Source of the DNA: the human T2T-CHM13v2.0 reference genome, Homo sapiens
Assembly (NCBI RefSeq): GCF_009914755.1
Contig: NC_060928.1
Length of the DNA stretch: 64,000 nucleotides
Strand: one strand, 5' to 3'
Both the position numbers and the translations under genes were made by a program. Below are positions 1-14,770 of this stretch, one piece after another. Each line of letters opens with the position of its first letter. The stretch's first letter is position 1. Below the pieces are notes generated by a model that was not told the origin of the DNA, ran no database searches, and worked only from the letters and a program-made list of their open reading frames with translations.

Positions 1-2835
1 ATTGTTAAAGCCCCACAGTTATCAGAATATACATCTGGTACTAAGAACCATTGCTCTACATGACAATGGCTTGTGAAATAGACCGACAAAATATACAAGT
101 GATTGCATGAAGAATCAAGCATCACCCAATCAATTTATTGAAGTACGTGTGTACCAAGACAAGTGAAACAAGTCATAATTACTCTAATTAGCATTCCTAC
201 AAGCTTTCAAAGGCTTTAATGCTAACTACTTTGTAAGTCTAAAAAGGCAAAACTCTTGTCTTGCCTAACAGCATAAAGGAAATCACTGTCTGTAAACCTG
301 TTAGTGATTAAGAAGATTTTAGTCTGTCAATCCTTGGAGGCAATTACCTTACAAGAGGGCACTCAGTTTGATTTTCCAAATAAAATAGCAACTCATGTTT
401 AATTATATGGAGACGAAGGAGAAGAAAAAATTTTTTGAATAGATGAAAATTAGATCTATTTTTCCAGACAGGTGAAAAGTAGAAACAGAATATATATAGC
501 TAGCATAAAACTTTAATCCATCTTAGTTGAGACCTCATTTTTATAGCTCTTTCAGCCATATTTATCCCTAGCAATAGTCCCTGTTCTTAAGTCTTTTTCT
601 TGGGATATAATTTTCTTATAGAACTTCTTGGAATCTTCTCATGTTGTTTCCACATGAGACATTGCCGTGATGAGATCATTAGTTCCTCTGCTACTCTCAC
701 TAACAATCTTTGTACATAATTTGTAAGATGCGTTTCCTTCATAATCATTAAGTACTTCACTACGCTGTTCTCAGCATTTTTGTAGATTTAGCAATGTATA
801 TGATTAATTGTCATTTTGCTTGATATCTTTCTTCCTTATATGTCATGGGTTTATCAAAATACAAAGTATGTATTATTTTTCCTGAGAAGCTATGGTCCTA
901 CTTAAGGACGTAAATACTTATTGTACATGACTGCTACCTGTTTGCTCTGCCTCTAAGAAATCTTTATACCAAAAGTATCCTTAAGTGATAGTTATCATCA
1001 CTGCCTCTTGCATGTTCCAAAAACAAACACAACACAGAAAACAAAGGGAGGCAAATACTCACCAATTCCCGCTGAATAAAATTTACATTATCTTTTCAGT
1101 CACATTTAATGCATCTTCTCTTCTTTGCTTTTTGTGTTTGTAAGTAAGCCAAACACAAGTATAGGAAATACTTTTAATGGATCGTATATTTTCTTGTCTC
1201 TATGCCTTAGTTCGTGGGTTAAAATAGCCTTTCTTTTCTTTGCATTGATCCACTAGTTAAAATGTTATGTGTTAAATGAAGCTTGTTGGTTCATGAAAAT
1301 AAATTTTTCTCTCCCTCTTTGATGGGACCATAAAAATCTTGCTTATATATTCATTAGTGTGCATATATGTTACTGCTTTTTTCATGAAATTTTAAGCCAC
1401 TTCAAAGCATGAGACCTTGATTTACTGATATTTCAATTTCAGCATAGTTTTTCTTACATAATAAGAACCTTAAAATGACAGTTCAATTCATTTAACTTCA
1501 TTTTACAAACCATATTTAGAAGAAACTTTAAGCTGCATTACTTCAGTATGATCAAATATGTATCTGACTGGTGGTAGATATAAAAGGTCAATTAATATTT
1601 AAATTCCTTGATATTATAAGTATGCTCTATGATAAAATGATAGTTTGATATTACAAATGTTTTCTGCATGAGATAATGGTTAGTCCTTTAAAAGAAAATG
1701 TATGTTTTTATATTATATATACTACTGTATCTTAGTTCTGATTCATTTGTTCATTTTGCACTGAATTTTAACTTACAAGCATTTAAAAGAATATAAAACA
1801 CTCATTTTTAAAATCTTAGGAGTAGATCAAAAAAACTTTTGTAAATTTTACATATGAAAACTTTGCAGCTGGAAGATAAGTAAACTTATAATTAGACAGC
1901 AAACTGACAATTCTTACCATATGCAAATTTGTGATTGGATATGACATTGACATTGGGAAAGCCTAAACCACAAGAATGATTTATTTAAAAAGGCATTTTT
2001 GTAAAGATTTCAAATGATGAGGAATGGGTGTGTTCTCTGATAGTTTCTTTTCTGCTGTTAACTAGGTCATGTTTCCATGGAGTGCTACACTCAAGGAAAA
2101 GGGGACAAAAGACTAAATAGATAATCGTATAGACAGTTTTATCTTCTAAAATAGAGAACAGTCTGATTAGAGAATGAATACATTTAAAATGTCCTCCTCA
2201 ACCTATGGAAATATGATGGTTGAGACTGATTTGTGTATTATGGAAAATCTCTCTAGATCCGGTAGCACTACATATTTTAGACTTATGATCCCTAAAATTG
2301 AAATATCTAATCATGCACAGATGTACACATTTTAGCATCTCTCTAGAATATTGATGCTAAGAATATATCTGCTGACATATTAAACATATGTCTAGGGGTA
2401 GTACCAATGGTTTTGCATTTATTTCACCTTTAATATTGACACTTACATGTTGTTAAATATGAAAGTGACCAATAAGTATCTCAGTACTCCAGAATATCCT
2501 CTACTAGTTTCACTCAGCTGCCTGAAGCATTCCTCTTTTCTGATGTTTGTGCAACGACAAGCAGGCTAGTAATCTCCCAACAGAGCTTTGTATGCTGCTT
2601 TAAATAACAGCATCCCAAGAGGGTTTTTCCAAGAAAAAAAATGCAATCATATGTATAGTTTAGATAACATGGTACTTGAGAAATAATGAGAGTTAAATAC
2701 ATGATAGTTTCTACTATTATTTTCATTTTTATGGGGGTTACTCTAAACCTAGTGTTGAGAGAAGAGGCCTAGAGAACAGAGTCACTCTAACTCAAATAAG
2801 ACTATGATTAACCATGCCTGTGTTCAATGTCATCT

Positions 2836-3492
2836 TGTTCCCTGACCGCACTTAGGGTCAGTTTGCTTATTTTTGCAGCCCAATAATGAGATGCAGATGA
2901 ACTGGGAAAGAAGGGAGCTTATTTCTGTAACTGGGTACAGGGAGAAGGTCTGGAAAATATCACCAGACCGACTCAAAATTACAAATTTTTCAGAGCTTAT
3001 ATACCTTCTAAGCTATATGTCTACGTGTAAGTGTGCATTCATCTAAAGACATAAGTGATTAACTTCTTCTAATCTATAACTAAGATCTGAGTCCTGAAGA
3101 CCTTCCTCTGGAGCCTCAGTACATTTACTTAATCTAAACGGGTCCAGGTGCTGGGGTGATTACCCTTATCTTGTCTCCTGCTAAATCTTGGAAGTTTGGA
3201 GAGTTCCTTCAGACCCCCAGTAAACTTGTTTGTGGAGGCCTTGGGAGTTTCTTCAGACCCCCAATAAAACATTTTTAATCCTAAACCGGTCCCGTTAAGG
3301 ATTCCTTTGTTACCTTATCATGCTTCAAGGCCCAGGAAAAGCTTGAGCAAAACTCTTGGTGGGCTTTTATTACGTTCCAGCCTTTGTATAAAAGCACAGG
3401 CTCTATCAGCTTTTAATATTTAACTTAACCACTCAGTTACTGCTGAAACAGTTGTTATGGAGGCCTGGGTTAGTGAGACCTGGCCTGCCACA
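2836..3492 (-). mobile_element. Solo ERV1 LTR, PABL_A/PABL_B-like
   Basis: TG...CA termini, 657 bp, perfect 4-bp TSD ATCT (2832-2835 and 3493-3496). Minus strand starts TGTGGCAGGCCAGGTCTCACTAAC and contains GAATCCTTAACGGGACCGGTTTAGGATTAA, which I recall from pseudoautosomal-boundary-like sequence. Confidence 0.8.
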
Positions 3493-3802
3493 ATCTGACA
3501 TATGAGAAGTGTATGCAATGGTAGATACCTTGTGGATCTGGATTCCCAAGGGTATCAATATAAAGGCAGTGGCTCTGTGAAGATAGTTTCCAAATTTGTT
3601 AAGAAAGATAATAGAATATTTTATGAAAAGCAATCTTTCTATATTTAAAGGTTTTAAAATGTAGCAGGTTGATAGCCTAGAATATTTCAGAATACCTTAG
3701 TAAGCATTAAATCAAAATACTGATATAGTACTAAAATGTCAACCTAGTCCCCTAATATTTAGCTAAACATTCTGCATGAAACCATATGCAAATGCATTAC
3801 AG

Positions 3803-3850
3803 CTAGGGTGACCAGGCACCCCATTTTTGCCTGCAATATTCTTGATTTAG
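3803..3850 (+). mobile_element. Possible hAT-Blackjack (MER81/MER94-like) terminal fragment
   Basis: TAGGGTGACCA terminal motif followed by a weakly similar sequence; very degraded. Confidence 0.3.
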
Positions 3851-4740
3851 TTTTTTGGCCTTGGTATTCTATGTGAATTGCTATTGTTCTGGATTATTTG
3901 TTGCTTTAAATAAAAGTATTATTATTTAAAATATTTTAAAATGTGCCATAATATATTCAGCAGACCTCCACTGATACTTATAACTTCTGCCTTGATCTCA
4001 TCTAGTAGTGTGTGAGATGCATTTTAATCCATGATTAAGTCATAAAGATCAAAGATGAGTAGTAGTAAACCATATCTCTTTTCCATATCTTTGTAGACAT
4101 AATGTAAGCAACATCATCTTTTCAAGGACATTTTCTGAGTCTACAAAGTGTTCTTAGACACAAGAGTCCAGGGACAGTTAGTTCTTCAGGTATACAGGTA
4201 GAGAGGGAGTATTCCATCCTGCTGTCTCTACAGCCAATGGTCAAGTGGTCCATATTATTAACACACTGGGTAATCAGTCAGTATCAGCAGTGAAAATAGT
4301 AAATCATATAACAAGTGTTTGTAAAATATATACAAGAAATAGACATTAATAAGTCCTCCTATAGAAAATATAGACAGTGGTCTGAATGTACTTCCTACAG
4401 GGATTTTAAAATCTAGTTTGTGATATAAATTGACAGCTACTTATTATATTATTCTGAAATTATTTTATATTTCAAAAACAACAATCAAAAATAGTGCATG
4501 TTTTCCTAGGCAAGCCAGAAGAATATAAGCATATTAATGTATATACATTACATATATTCATAAATAAAAATATACATAAAAATGAGACAAATGCATATAT
4601 AAATCTGTGCATAATAACATCTATAAATAAGACTGTATATACATAAGAAAAAGACAAAACTAACACACAAACCCAAGTAAACAGATCGACACAAACAAAC
4701 ACAGTTATCTTTACATTTATTTTATTTTTAAAAGTAGTTG

Positions 4741-6636
4741 TTTTTAATTTTTGTGGGTATATAGTAAGTATATATATTTATGGTATCCATGATATACTTT
4801 GATACAGACATGCAAGGTAAAATAATCACATGAGGGTAAATGGGGTATCCATCGTCTCAGGCATTTCTCTTTTGTGTTACAAACAATCCAATTATACTCT
4901 TTATTTTAAAATGAATAATCAAATTATTTTGACTATAGTCTCCCTATTGTGCTATCAAATAGTAAATCTTAATCATTCTTTCTAACTATTTTTTGTACCC
5001 ATTTACTTTCCTTACCGCCCCCCATCCCTAACTACCCTTCCAAGCCTCTGGTTACTATCCTTTCACTCTCTATCTTCATGAGTTCAATTGTTTTAATGTT
5101 TAGCAAAGTTTCTCTTTCTGTGTCTGGCTTATTTCACTTAATATAATGACCTCTAATTCCATTCATATTGTTGCAAGTGACAGGATCTCATTCTTTTTTT
5201 GGCTGAATAGTACTCCATTGTATATATGTATCACATTTTCTTTTATCTATTCATCTGTTTTTGGACACTTAAGTTGTTTCCAATTCTTGCTATTATGAAT
5301 AGTGCTGCCATAAACATGGGAATGCAGATGTCTCCTTGAAACACTGATTTCCTTTCTTTGGGTAAATAAGTAAGAGTGGAATTACTGGATTGTAGGGTAC
5401 CTCTATTATTCGTTTTTTGAAAAACCTCCAAACTGTTCTCTGTAGTGGTTGTACTAATTTACATTCCCACAAACAGTGTACAGGAGTTTCCTTTCCTCCA
5501 CAACCTTGCCAGCATTTTTTATTACCTGCCTTTTGGATAAAAGCCATTTAACTGGGTTAAGATAAGATTGTAGTTTTAAGTTGCATTTCTCCGACAATCA
5601 ATGATGTTGAGTACCTTTTCCTATACCTGTTTGCCATTTGTAAGCCTTTTTCTTTTTGAGAAATGTTTACTCGGGTCTTTTGTCCATTTTTAATTGGATT
5701 ACTAGATTTTTTTCCAGTGAAGTTATTTGAGCTTCTTATATATTCTGGTTATTAATCCTTTGTCAGATAGGTAGTTTGCAAATATTTTCTCCCATTTTGT
5801 GGGTTGTCTCTTCACTTTTTTGATTGTTTCCTTTGCTCTGCTGAAGCTTTTTAACTTGATGTGATCCCATTTGTCCATTTTTGATTTGGTTGCCTGTGCT
5901 TGTGAGGTATTATTCAAGAAATATTTGCCCTTTGCAGTATCCTGGAAAGTTTCCCCAGTGTTTTTTTGTAGTCGTTTCATAGTTTGAGGTCTTAAATTTA
6001 AGTCATTAATCCATTTTACTTGATCTTTGTATATTGCAAGAGACGGTGTCTAGTTTCATTATTTTATATATGGTTATCCAGTTTTCCCAGAACCATTTAT
6101 TAAAGAGACTTCTTTCCCCAGTGTAAGTTCTTGGTGCCTTTGTCAAAAATGAAGTTGACTGTAGATGTGTATGCATTTATCTCTGGGTTTTCTGTTCTGT
6201 GCCATTGGTCTATGTGTCTGTTTTTATGCCAGTGCTGTGCCATTTTGGTTACTATAACTGTAGTATAATTTAAGGTCAAGCAATGTTTTCTTCTTTGCTT
6301 AAGATAGTTTTGGCTCTTCTGGGTCTTTTCTTTTTCCATATAAATTTTAGGATTGTTTTTATTATTTCTGTGAAGAATGTCACTGGTATTTTGATAGAGA
6401 TTACATTAAATCTGTAGATTGCTTTAGGTAGTATGGACATTTTGACAATAGTGATTCTTCCAGTCCCTGAACATGGACTGTCATTAGTTTTTTGTGTCTT
6501 CAACTTCTTGTGTCAATGTTTTACAGTTTTTATTGTAGAGATTTTTCACTTTTTCAGTTAAATTAGTATTTTATTTTATTTGTAGCTTTTGTAAATGGGA
6601 TTACTTTCTTGATTTCTATTTCAGATTGTTCACTGT
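4741..6636 (-). mobile_element. 5'-truncated LINE-1, L1MA1-3-like (ORF2 C-terminus plus 3'UTR)
   Basis: L1MA-type 3'UTR (TTTTGTGGGTATATAGTAAG...TACAAACAATCCAATTATACTC). Minus-strand ORFs at 5243-6503 translate to ORF2 peptides ([39 protein letters not shown]) broken by stops and frameshifts. Confidence 0.93.
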
Positions 6637-7369
6637 TACACACCCTTAAATTTATACAAGGGACCACTGGGCTATTTTGTTACCTGTTGGTAGATCAGAA
6701 AACTAAAGATTTTACAGGACTATTTCCCTGCTGGTTTTATGTGAGTTTAAGTTGACTGCAAACACCTCACCACAAATTTTAAGTTAGATGCCAAGCGACA
6801 TCACCACCCTTTAAGGAAAAAAAGACCACTTCTCCTGAACCTATTAATGAGAATAGATGCTCATGATTTACACACTAGTACCTAGTGTTATCTACACATT
6901 AGCATACAATAGCTATTTTCAGTGGGTGGAGAAGAGATTTTTCATGGAGAAGAAAAATGACTAGATTTACCTCTTAGTAGATTGCATTGGGGGCAGTGCT
7001 AGTGTGGATGGCATCAGATGGTACCAGGGTGGAGGCATAGTCAAGCCAGGATTGAACTACACTGAGGGCCATTGTGGGCTTTTGTGGGCCGGGAAAAGAT
7101 CCCCAGACTCCAAAGGCTGTCCTAGAATGAATCTTTTCTGATCAGTTCAAGCTGGATATAGAGAAGCCCACAGGCAGTTCAGAAAAATACCTGGATTAGA
7201 AACACCTGGAGAGTTAGGGGCCCAAGTTAATTTTCAAGGAGACTGACAGGCATAGAAAAAAAAAGGTCTTGATTTCAAACTCTTTTGAATGCCAAAGTAG
7301 GTGGTAGACAAAGAAAGCCAGATCCGAGGCAGAGTTTTGGACCCTGCCTTCCTAGATGAAAAAAAAAAA

Positions 7370-7407
7370 TTATATATATATATATATATTTGATATATAT
7401 ATATATC
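7370..7407. repeat. (TA)n microsatellite after a poly-A run
   Basis: Directly visible. Confidence 0.9.
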
Positions 7408-8559
7408 TCGAATGTGAATTAAACATTAGTGCTGGATTTTAGTTCCTAAATAAAATTAATAACAAATGAAAATTGGCCTAAACTTTGACATTTATCCTTT
7501 ACCCTGAGGGCTATAGTGATGTTATTGATTATATGAAATTCAGAAGACACAAATCTTCTGGCAAAGTATCAATATATATTTACTAGATATTTCAAAATAA
7601 TTGAGATGTAGATAGTGATTTAACACTTGCATGTGTAGAAAGCTGGCTTAGTTCATCACTATATGAAGTATGGATTTTTTATTTAGAGCAAATAACTGTG
7701 CTGCAAACTAATTTCACTCATTTCAAGTTTTCTTGTGATCATGATTAAAATTGCAAGATTAGCTGTTAGTATGTCCTTCCATTAGCAGTTGAACTTTGCC
7801 CCATTGAATGGGTGCCAGATTCTATAGGTTTGTTTAGATGGTTTAAACTAAAAATTAGTAACTTAATTCCAAATATGCTTTGATTGATTTCATCCATGTC
7901 ATTATTCATTATTTAGTGTTTAGTATTGTGAGTGTTCTTATAAACATAGATTTAAACTTCAACATTGAAGATAAAATAATTTGCATAGCTGTTAATTACA
8001 TAAATACAAATTTTTGTTGAACCCAAGTTCTGTGAAAAAAATAATAGTTCTACAAAATTAAAAATGTATGAAGCCTGTGTCCTTAGAACTCACAATTGCA
8101 TTCAAATTGCAAAATTTTACCAATAGAAACAAAATGGAGTTTTCAAAATGTATATACACACATATTCTGAATAATTGTTCTATTGTATCTGATGATAAAG
8201 CTGATATTTAATACTGATTATACTTAAGCATGCATATGTGCTTTCTCTTTCCTGACCATCACCAACTGAATTTTACTAAGTTTTGAACATTTAAATGATG
8301 TTCAAACTTTTAAATCAATGGTAGTAACCTAAAGATATACAGAACATTTCTTTTTGTAAATTAATACTCAAAATTTTCTTAAATTTTGTACAAAATGAGT
8401 TGAAAATCTTTAATCATATTATTTGATATATAGAACATAAAAAAAGTTCCACTATTGAAGTTTTAGTGTGTTGTTATGATTGAAAATGAGGCTTAAAATA
8501 CAAAAGCATTAAAAGTTAGCTCTTAAAATAGTGGAGAAACTGAAAAAAATAAATAAATA

Positions 8560-8844
8560 ATGAGATAGGATAGTCTCTTGCCACGCAGGCAGCTGCAGTG
8601 AACTGCAGCTCCCAGTCAGCCAGGCAAGGACAAGGGTAAACTCCCAATAGTCTCCAGTGTACTGTTGCCAGATGATTTTGCTTCACTGTAGGCTAATGTA
8701 AATGTTCTTAGCATGTTTCAAACAGGCAAGGCTAAACTATAATGTTGAGTGGTTCAGTTGTATTAAATGCATTTTCAACAGGTTATTTTCAATTTATAAT
8801 ATGCTCACTGGGAAGTAACTCCATCATAAGTCGAGGAGTATCTG
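8560..8844 (-). mobile_element. MER47B/Tigger5-derived TcMar-Tigger MITE
   Basis: Minus strand begins CAGATACTCCTCGACTTATGATGG (MER47-type TIR) next to a TA. Internal ACATTAGCCTACAG and CAAAATCATCTGGCAAC match the recalled consensus. Confidence 0.75.
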
Positions 8845-9250
8845 TAGGCTGCCATTGCTGAAACAGAATTAGAAACATTTTACTTCCTGATTCCTAATAA
8901 TATTTCTTTATGCCTCGCAATTCTGTTTCTGTTTTCTTGTTCTTTCAGCCGGAAACAGCTTTTATTAGTCGATTTATATATTCAGCAAAGACTAGCTCAA
9001 ATGTCACTTTTAGCACACTTCCCCTTGATTCGTAGTGTTTACTACTATCAATTTTAACCTGCTCAACACATATAACCAATTCAATTGAAAAAAAAAAAGA
9101 AACTTCACTCCATATACCTTGATTTTTGCTAATCAGTTTTTTTCTTTGTAGATTTTATCACTTGGTGAAAGGAAATGTTCTTTATTTTAAATTCTACAGC
9201 ACTTTCCTCTAATAATGAACACATCTCTGATCCATTGGGTTAACGTGTAA

Positions 9251-9578
<328 letters not shown>

Positions 9579-9952
9579 GTTTTTGTTTTTTATAACCACA
9601 GGCATACTTAAGATTATAAAAATGTTAAGCCTTCAAGTTAAAATACATTAAATTATTAATTTGCCTTTCTCTAAGTGCTACAAATACTTGTAGAAAAATT
9701 CTTATTTGATGATAAATTGAAGGTAGAATTTTTTAATATTTTAGTCTACATCAAGCCAATTTAAACTCTTTGTGAATAGAAATATGAGTATAAACTTTTT
9801 AAGACACTCAGAGCACATAATATTCTCAAATTAAGGGATTTTTAGTGTCCATGGTTTTCTAACCTCAATTTTGCAGAAATTTTAAAGTCCGTTTGTTTTT
9901 GTGTTTACTAGCATGGATCTTTTATTTTTTGTGGGTATAAGGTTTTAGGCTA

Positions 9953-12284
9953 TAGGTATATCTCTTTGATTTTTCTTTGCTTTATTGCACTTTGCACATA
10001 TTGTATTTTTACAAATTAAAGGTTTTTAGCAATTCTATTGAGATTTTCAAATAGTGTATGCTTGCTTTGTGTCTCTGTCATATTTTGGTAATTCTCACAG
10101 TATTTCAGTTTTTTTCATTTTGTATCTTTTATGGTGATCTTTAATAAGTGATCTTTGATGTTACCATTGTAATTATTTTGGAGCACTATGAACTGGACTC
10201 ATATAAGATGGCAATTGTGATCAATGTTGTGTGTGTTCCGGCAGTTCCCCCATCTCCACTTTCTTGGGCCTCCCTCTTCTATGAGAGACAATAATATTAA
10301 AATTAGGCCAATTAATAACCCTATAATGACCTCTGAATGTTAAAGTGAAAGGAAGTTTCACACATATCTCACTTTTAATCAAATTATTAAAGTTGCAAAA
10401 ATGGTTAAGTGTAGTGAGGAAGGCATGTTGAAAACCTAAATAGAATAAAACCTGGGCCTCTTATACCACAGTTAGCCAAGTTGTGAATTCAAAGGAAAAG
10501 TTTTTGAGGAAATCCAAAGCGCTACTCCAGTGAACACACAAATGATAAGAAAGAAAAATAGCTTTATGGAAGATATGGAGAAAGCTTCAATAGTCTGAAT
10601 AGAAAATAAATTCAGCCACAACATTTCCTTAAACCAAAGCCTAACTCAGAACAAGTCCTAACTCTATTCAATTCAATGCAGGCTGAGAGAGGTGAGGAAG
10701 CTGTAGAAGAAAAGTTGGAAACTAGCAGAGTTTGGCTGATGAAGTGTAAGGAAAGAAACTTTTTATAACATCAAGGAGCAAGAGCAAGTGCTGGTGTAGA
10801 AGCTGCAGCAAGTTGTCCAGAAAATCCAGCTAATATCATTGATGAAGATGGCCACAGTAATGACAGATTTTCAGTGTAGATGAACCAGCCTTCTATTGGA
10901 AGAAGATGTTATCTAGGACTTTCATAATGTGAGAGAAGTCTATGCCTGGCCCCAGAGCATCCTAGGACAGGCTGACTTTCTTGCTGGGGGCTAATGCAGT
11001 TGATGACTTTAAGTTAAAACCAATGCTCATTTACCATTCCAAAAATTCCAGTTCCCTTAAGAATACTGATAAATCTAATCTGTCTGTGCTCTAGAAATCA
11101 AACAATGAAGCCTAAGTGACAGCATATCTATTTAATGAGTATTTTAAGTCCATTTTTGAGATCTACTCCTCAGAAAAAAAGTTTCCTGTCAAAATATTAC
11201 TTCTCATTGACAATGCGCCTTTTCACTCAAATTCTCTAATGGAGTTGTACAAGGAGATTAATGTTGTCCTCATGCCTGATGACACAACATCCATCCATTC
11301 TGAAGCCCACGGATAATGGAGTAATTTCAATTTTCAAGTTTTATTGTTTAAGAAATATGTTTTATAAGGCCATAGCTGATATAGATATTAATAGTTATTC
11401 TCCTAATGGATCTGGGCAAAGTAAATTAAAAACCATCTAAAAAGGATTCACCATTCCAGATGTCATTAAGAACAATAATGAAACAAGTTAAAATATCAAT
11501 AATAACAGGAACTTGGAAGAAGTAGATTCCAACCTTCATGGGTAACTTTGAGGGGTTCAGGTCTTTGGTGGAGGAAGTAACTACAGGTATGGTGGAAATA
11601 GAAAGAGAACTAGAATTAGAGGTGGAGCCTGAAGATGTGACTGAATCGCCGAAATCTCAGGAGAAAACTTGAACAGATGAGGAGCTGCTTCTTATGGATG
11701 AGCAAAGCAAGTGGTTTCTTGGGATGGAATCTACTCCTGCTGCAGGTGTTATGAACATTGTTGAAATGACAACAAAGTATTTAAAATACTACATAAGCTT
11801 AGTTGCTCAAACATGAAGAGTTTCAGAGCATTGACTCCAATTTTGAAAGAAGTTCTACTGTGAATAAAATGCTATTGAACAGCATCCCATGCTGCAGAAA
11901 AGCATATTGCTTTGAAAGGAAGAGTCAATCGATGTGACAAACTTTCTTGTACCTTTCAAGAAACTGCCACAGACCCCCTTATCTTCAGCAACCACCACCT
12001 TGATCAGTCAGCAGCCATCAACATCCTTTACCAGAAAAAATGATTATAATTTGCTGAAGGCTCATATGACTGTGAGGGTTTTTTTTTTCAATAAAGCATT
12101 TTTAAATTAAGCTATGTAAACTGTTTCTTTAGACGTAATGCTATACAACACAATAGACTACAATTAGTGTGAACACAACTTTTACATGTACTGGGAAACC
12201 AAAAAGTTTGTTACTTGTTTTATTGTTGTATTGACTTTATTGTGGTGGTCTGGACTGAATCCACAGTATCTCTAGGTATGCCTG
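9953..12284 (+). mobile_element. Near full-length Tigger1 DNA transposon with decayed transposase
   Basis: Starts TA|TAGGTATA..GCTTTATTGCAC and ends CTTTATTGTGGTGGTCTGG..AGGTATGCCTG (both termini present), about 2.33 kb. ORF 11116-11316 carries the pogo DDE motif [10 protein letters not shown]. Confidence 0.95.
11116..11316 (+). pseudogene. Tigger1 transposase DDE-domain remnant
   Basis: Peptide [30 protein letters not shown]; flanking frames have stops. Confidence 0.85.
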
Positions 12285-12606
12285 TTGTTTCTGTATATAA
12301 GAGTGCTACTCACTTTTACATATTTTAAAAAATTGTGCATGTGCTTGTATAGTTAAATATTATGCATTTGTTTTGGGAAGGATGTAATCATAACTTGAGA
12401 ATAATGATAGGAGGGCAGAATGTCATTTTTATGCCATTATAAAAATTCTCTCCACTTGAAAGTTTAGTTAATCTTTTTGGTCTATTACAGACTCACTTCT
12501 TTTGTCTTATTTACTAAGACAATATAAGCTAATTTAGTTTAATCATTTTGTGGAATTTTATTTATGGTAATAACAAAACCTGAGGGGAAAAAAGACATTT
12601 TCTGTA

Positions 12607-12607
<1 letters not shown>

Positions 12608-12645
<38 letters not shown>
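12608..12645. repeat. (CA)n microsatellite
   Basis: Directly visible. Confidence 0.97.
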
Positions 12646-12647
<2 letters not shown>

Positions 12648-14770
12648 GAGGCCCACAAACAAAAACATTTTAAAATACTGAAGTGTTTTACACCTGTCTT
12701 TGTGTTCTGTACTGCAGATGCTGCGTAGTATACAAAATGTTATTGACATTTGTAATATGCACTGGCAAGCAGCAGGTAGTTTTTTTAATTTTACTATTTT
12801 GTGAAGTATGATTTTTCTTTCAAAATGCTTGATTATGTAGTTGTTTTTGACTGCAATAATGAAAAAGCGTTAAGTTACAAAACAGTTACTTATAAAATTG
12901 TATGATGGTTAGACAGTTTATTCTGATACTTCACTGCCAACTATTTACTTTGATTTTACTTAAAGTGGCATTTAATGCCAATGGCTAAACATATGCTATG
13001 TCCACTACAGTAATAATTGTACCATGTTTTCATTAAATATATAATTATTGTATGAATCTCTAAGATTATAAGCCACTTCTGAAATAGCTACTTCCATATA
13101 TCCTTTTTTAAATAGACTTACTTTAAAATTTTTTTTTATATAGATTCGGAGAACTTTAATTAGATCAGTGTGGATACTCATGCTGATTCATTTTTAGTTG
13201 ACTGTTAATGAATGTGCATTAAGACGTGTCTACTTATTTCCACTAAACGATCTTATCAACAGATGCTTACCTCTGTAAATTATCTGTCAATATAGAAGTT
13301 GATGATGTAACAGAGAAAATGAAGTCATAAAATTAAGTGTTTGAAAGCATCCAATCCAACTACATATTGGAATTCTTGCCTCCATTAGTATACATTCTAC
13401 CTCAGGGTACCCACAGTAGCCCCTTTATATAATAATTCAGGCTAATTTCCTGATAATGGGTTAAAACCTGGCATGGCTTAAATGCCATTATGAGACATTA
13501 TTCCCAGTGGCCACAATTCTCTATGATATATATGAAGTGATATATATCTAGTGTCTAGTGAGGCAAATTATATCTTGTAATTCATTTGAGCATTAAATAG
13601 TTAACCACTGCTTTTGTATTTGCAAAGACTATGTTGAACCTTCTTAAGGAATTTAAAAAAAATTATTAAATTTATTATTTCTGAAGAAAAGGCACAGGGG
13701 TTCAGTAAGTGTTGATGAACTTACTGAACTCTAGACTGGGTTTATATGTAATGAAATGTCTTAGCATTTCCAAATACCTACAAAGTTCACATGAACGTTT
13801 AAGCCTGAATTTTCAACTTCTTCCAGCATCTGAAGTGTGTACACACCAAAACAAGGCTATTATTTAAAATTTTGAGATCCTTTGTACTCCTCTTCAGAGT
13901 TAGTTTAGAATTCCCAAGGATCCTTTTTGCTCTAATCCATTGTGTAAAAACACAAGACCTATGCAGACCCTCTGTAGTGATTCTCTAAACTGTAGCCACA
14001 CTAGGGGCTTATAAGATTACTAATAATTAGAAGATGCAAAATTTAATCCAGATTCAGGCTTTTTTCTTGTTGTTGTTGACACTCAACTTTCAGTATATTA
14101 ATTTCTGAAGGTTATTGTTCACAAAAGGTATCAGTTAAAATTGTTATAGAGTAGTAAAAAATAGTAAAAAAGGCTGGGCAAGGGCAAACCGTGAATTTAA
14201 AGTTAAACTAACAAATTGTAACGTCACATTTTATTCCTTAGAGTAAAATATTTTCATTATTTTAGTTAATTCTCATTTTGTATTTCTTGACTATTCTTTA
14301 ATTACATATCATTATTTAATTTATATTTACCTAAAAATAATGGATACATTAACAAAAGGACAGATCTTTTAAAATACTTTGGGAATTTTTGGGCTGAAGA
14401 AAGGACAATTATAATAGAATAATATAATAGTAAATTAAAGGGACTGTTCAACTGAAAAAGAAAAGAAAAAAATCTCTATTATCTTCTTAGCTTTATAATT
14501 TGCCTGATAGAGGCCCAAAATATATATTTATAGCAATTAATATTTGCTATTTTTATTATATACTCAACACGAAGAACTCTAAAAAGAATATTAAATAAGT
14601 GAATAGACCAGTGAGACTTCGTTTAAAAGTTGATTATTTTTATTGTAATGCATATAGTTAAAAACTGGAATGGAAACAACATAAATTGAGTCTGAGGTGT
14701 TCACGCTAACCATTTACTGAAATTATTGTGGCTTTTTCAAAAATCCTCCACCCCTCCTGCCCTTTCTATG

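Noticed and set aside
5243-6503. Cluster of minus-strand ORFs
   Set aside because: Fragmented L1 ORF2; frameshifted and non-functional.
9598-9610. CAGGCATAC resembling an additional Tigger1 TIR
   Set aside because: Only 9 bp match and the following sequence does not continue the Tigger1 consensus.
11116-11316. Possible domesticated TIGD/JRK-like transposase gene
   Set aside because: A 66-aa fragment within a TIR-bounded Tigger1 carrying many stops.
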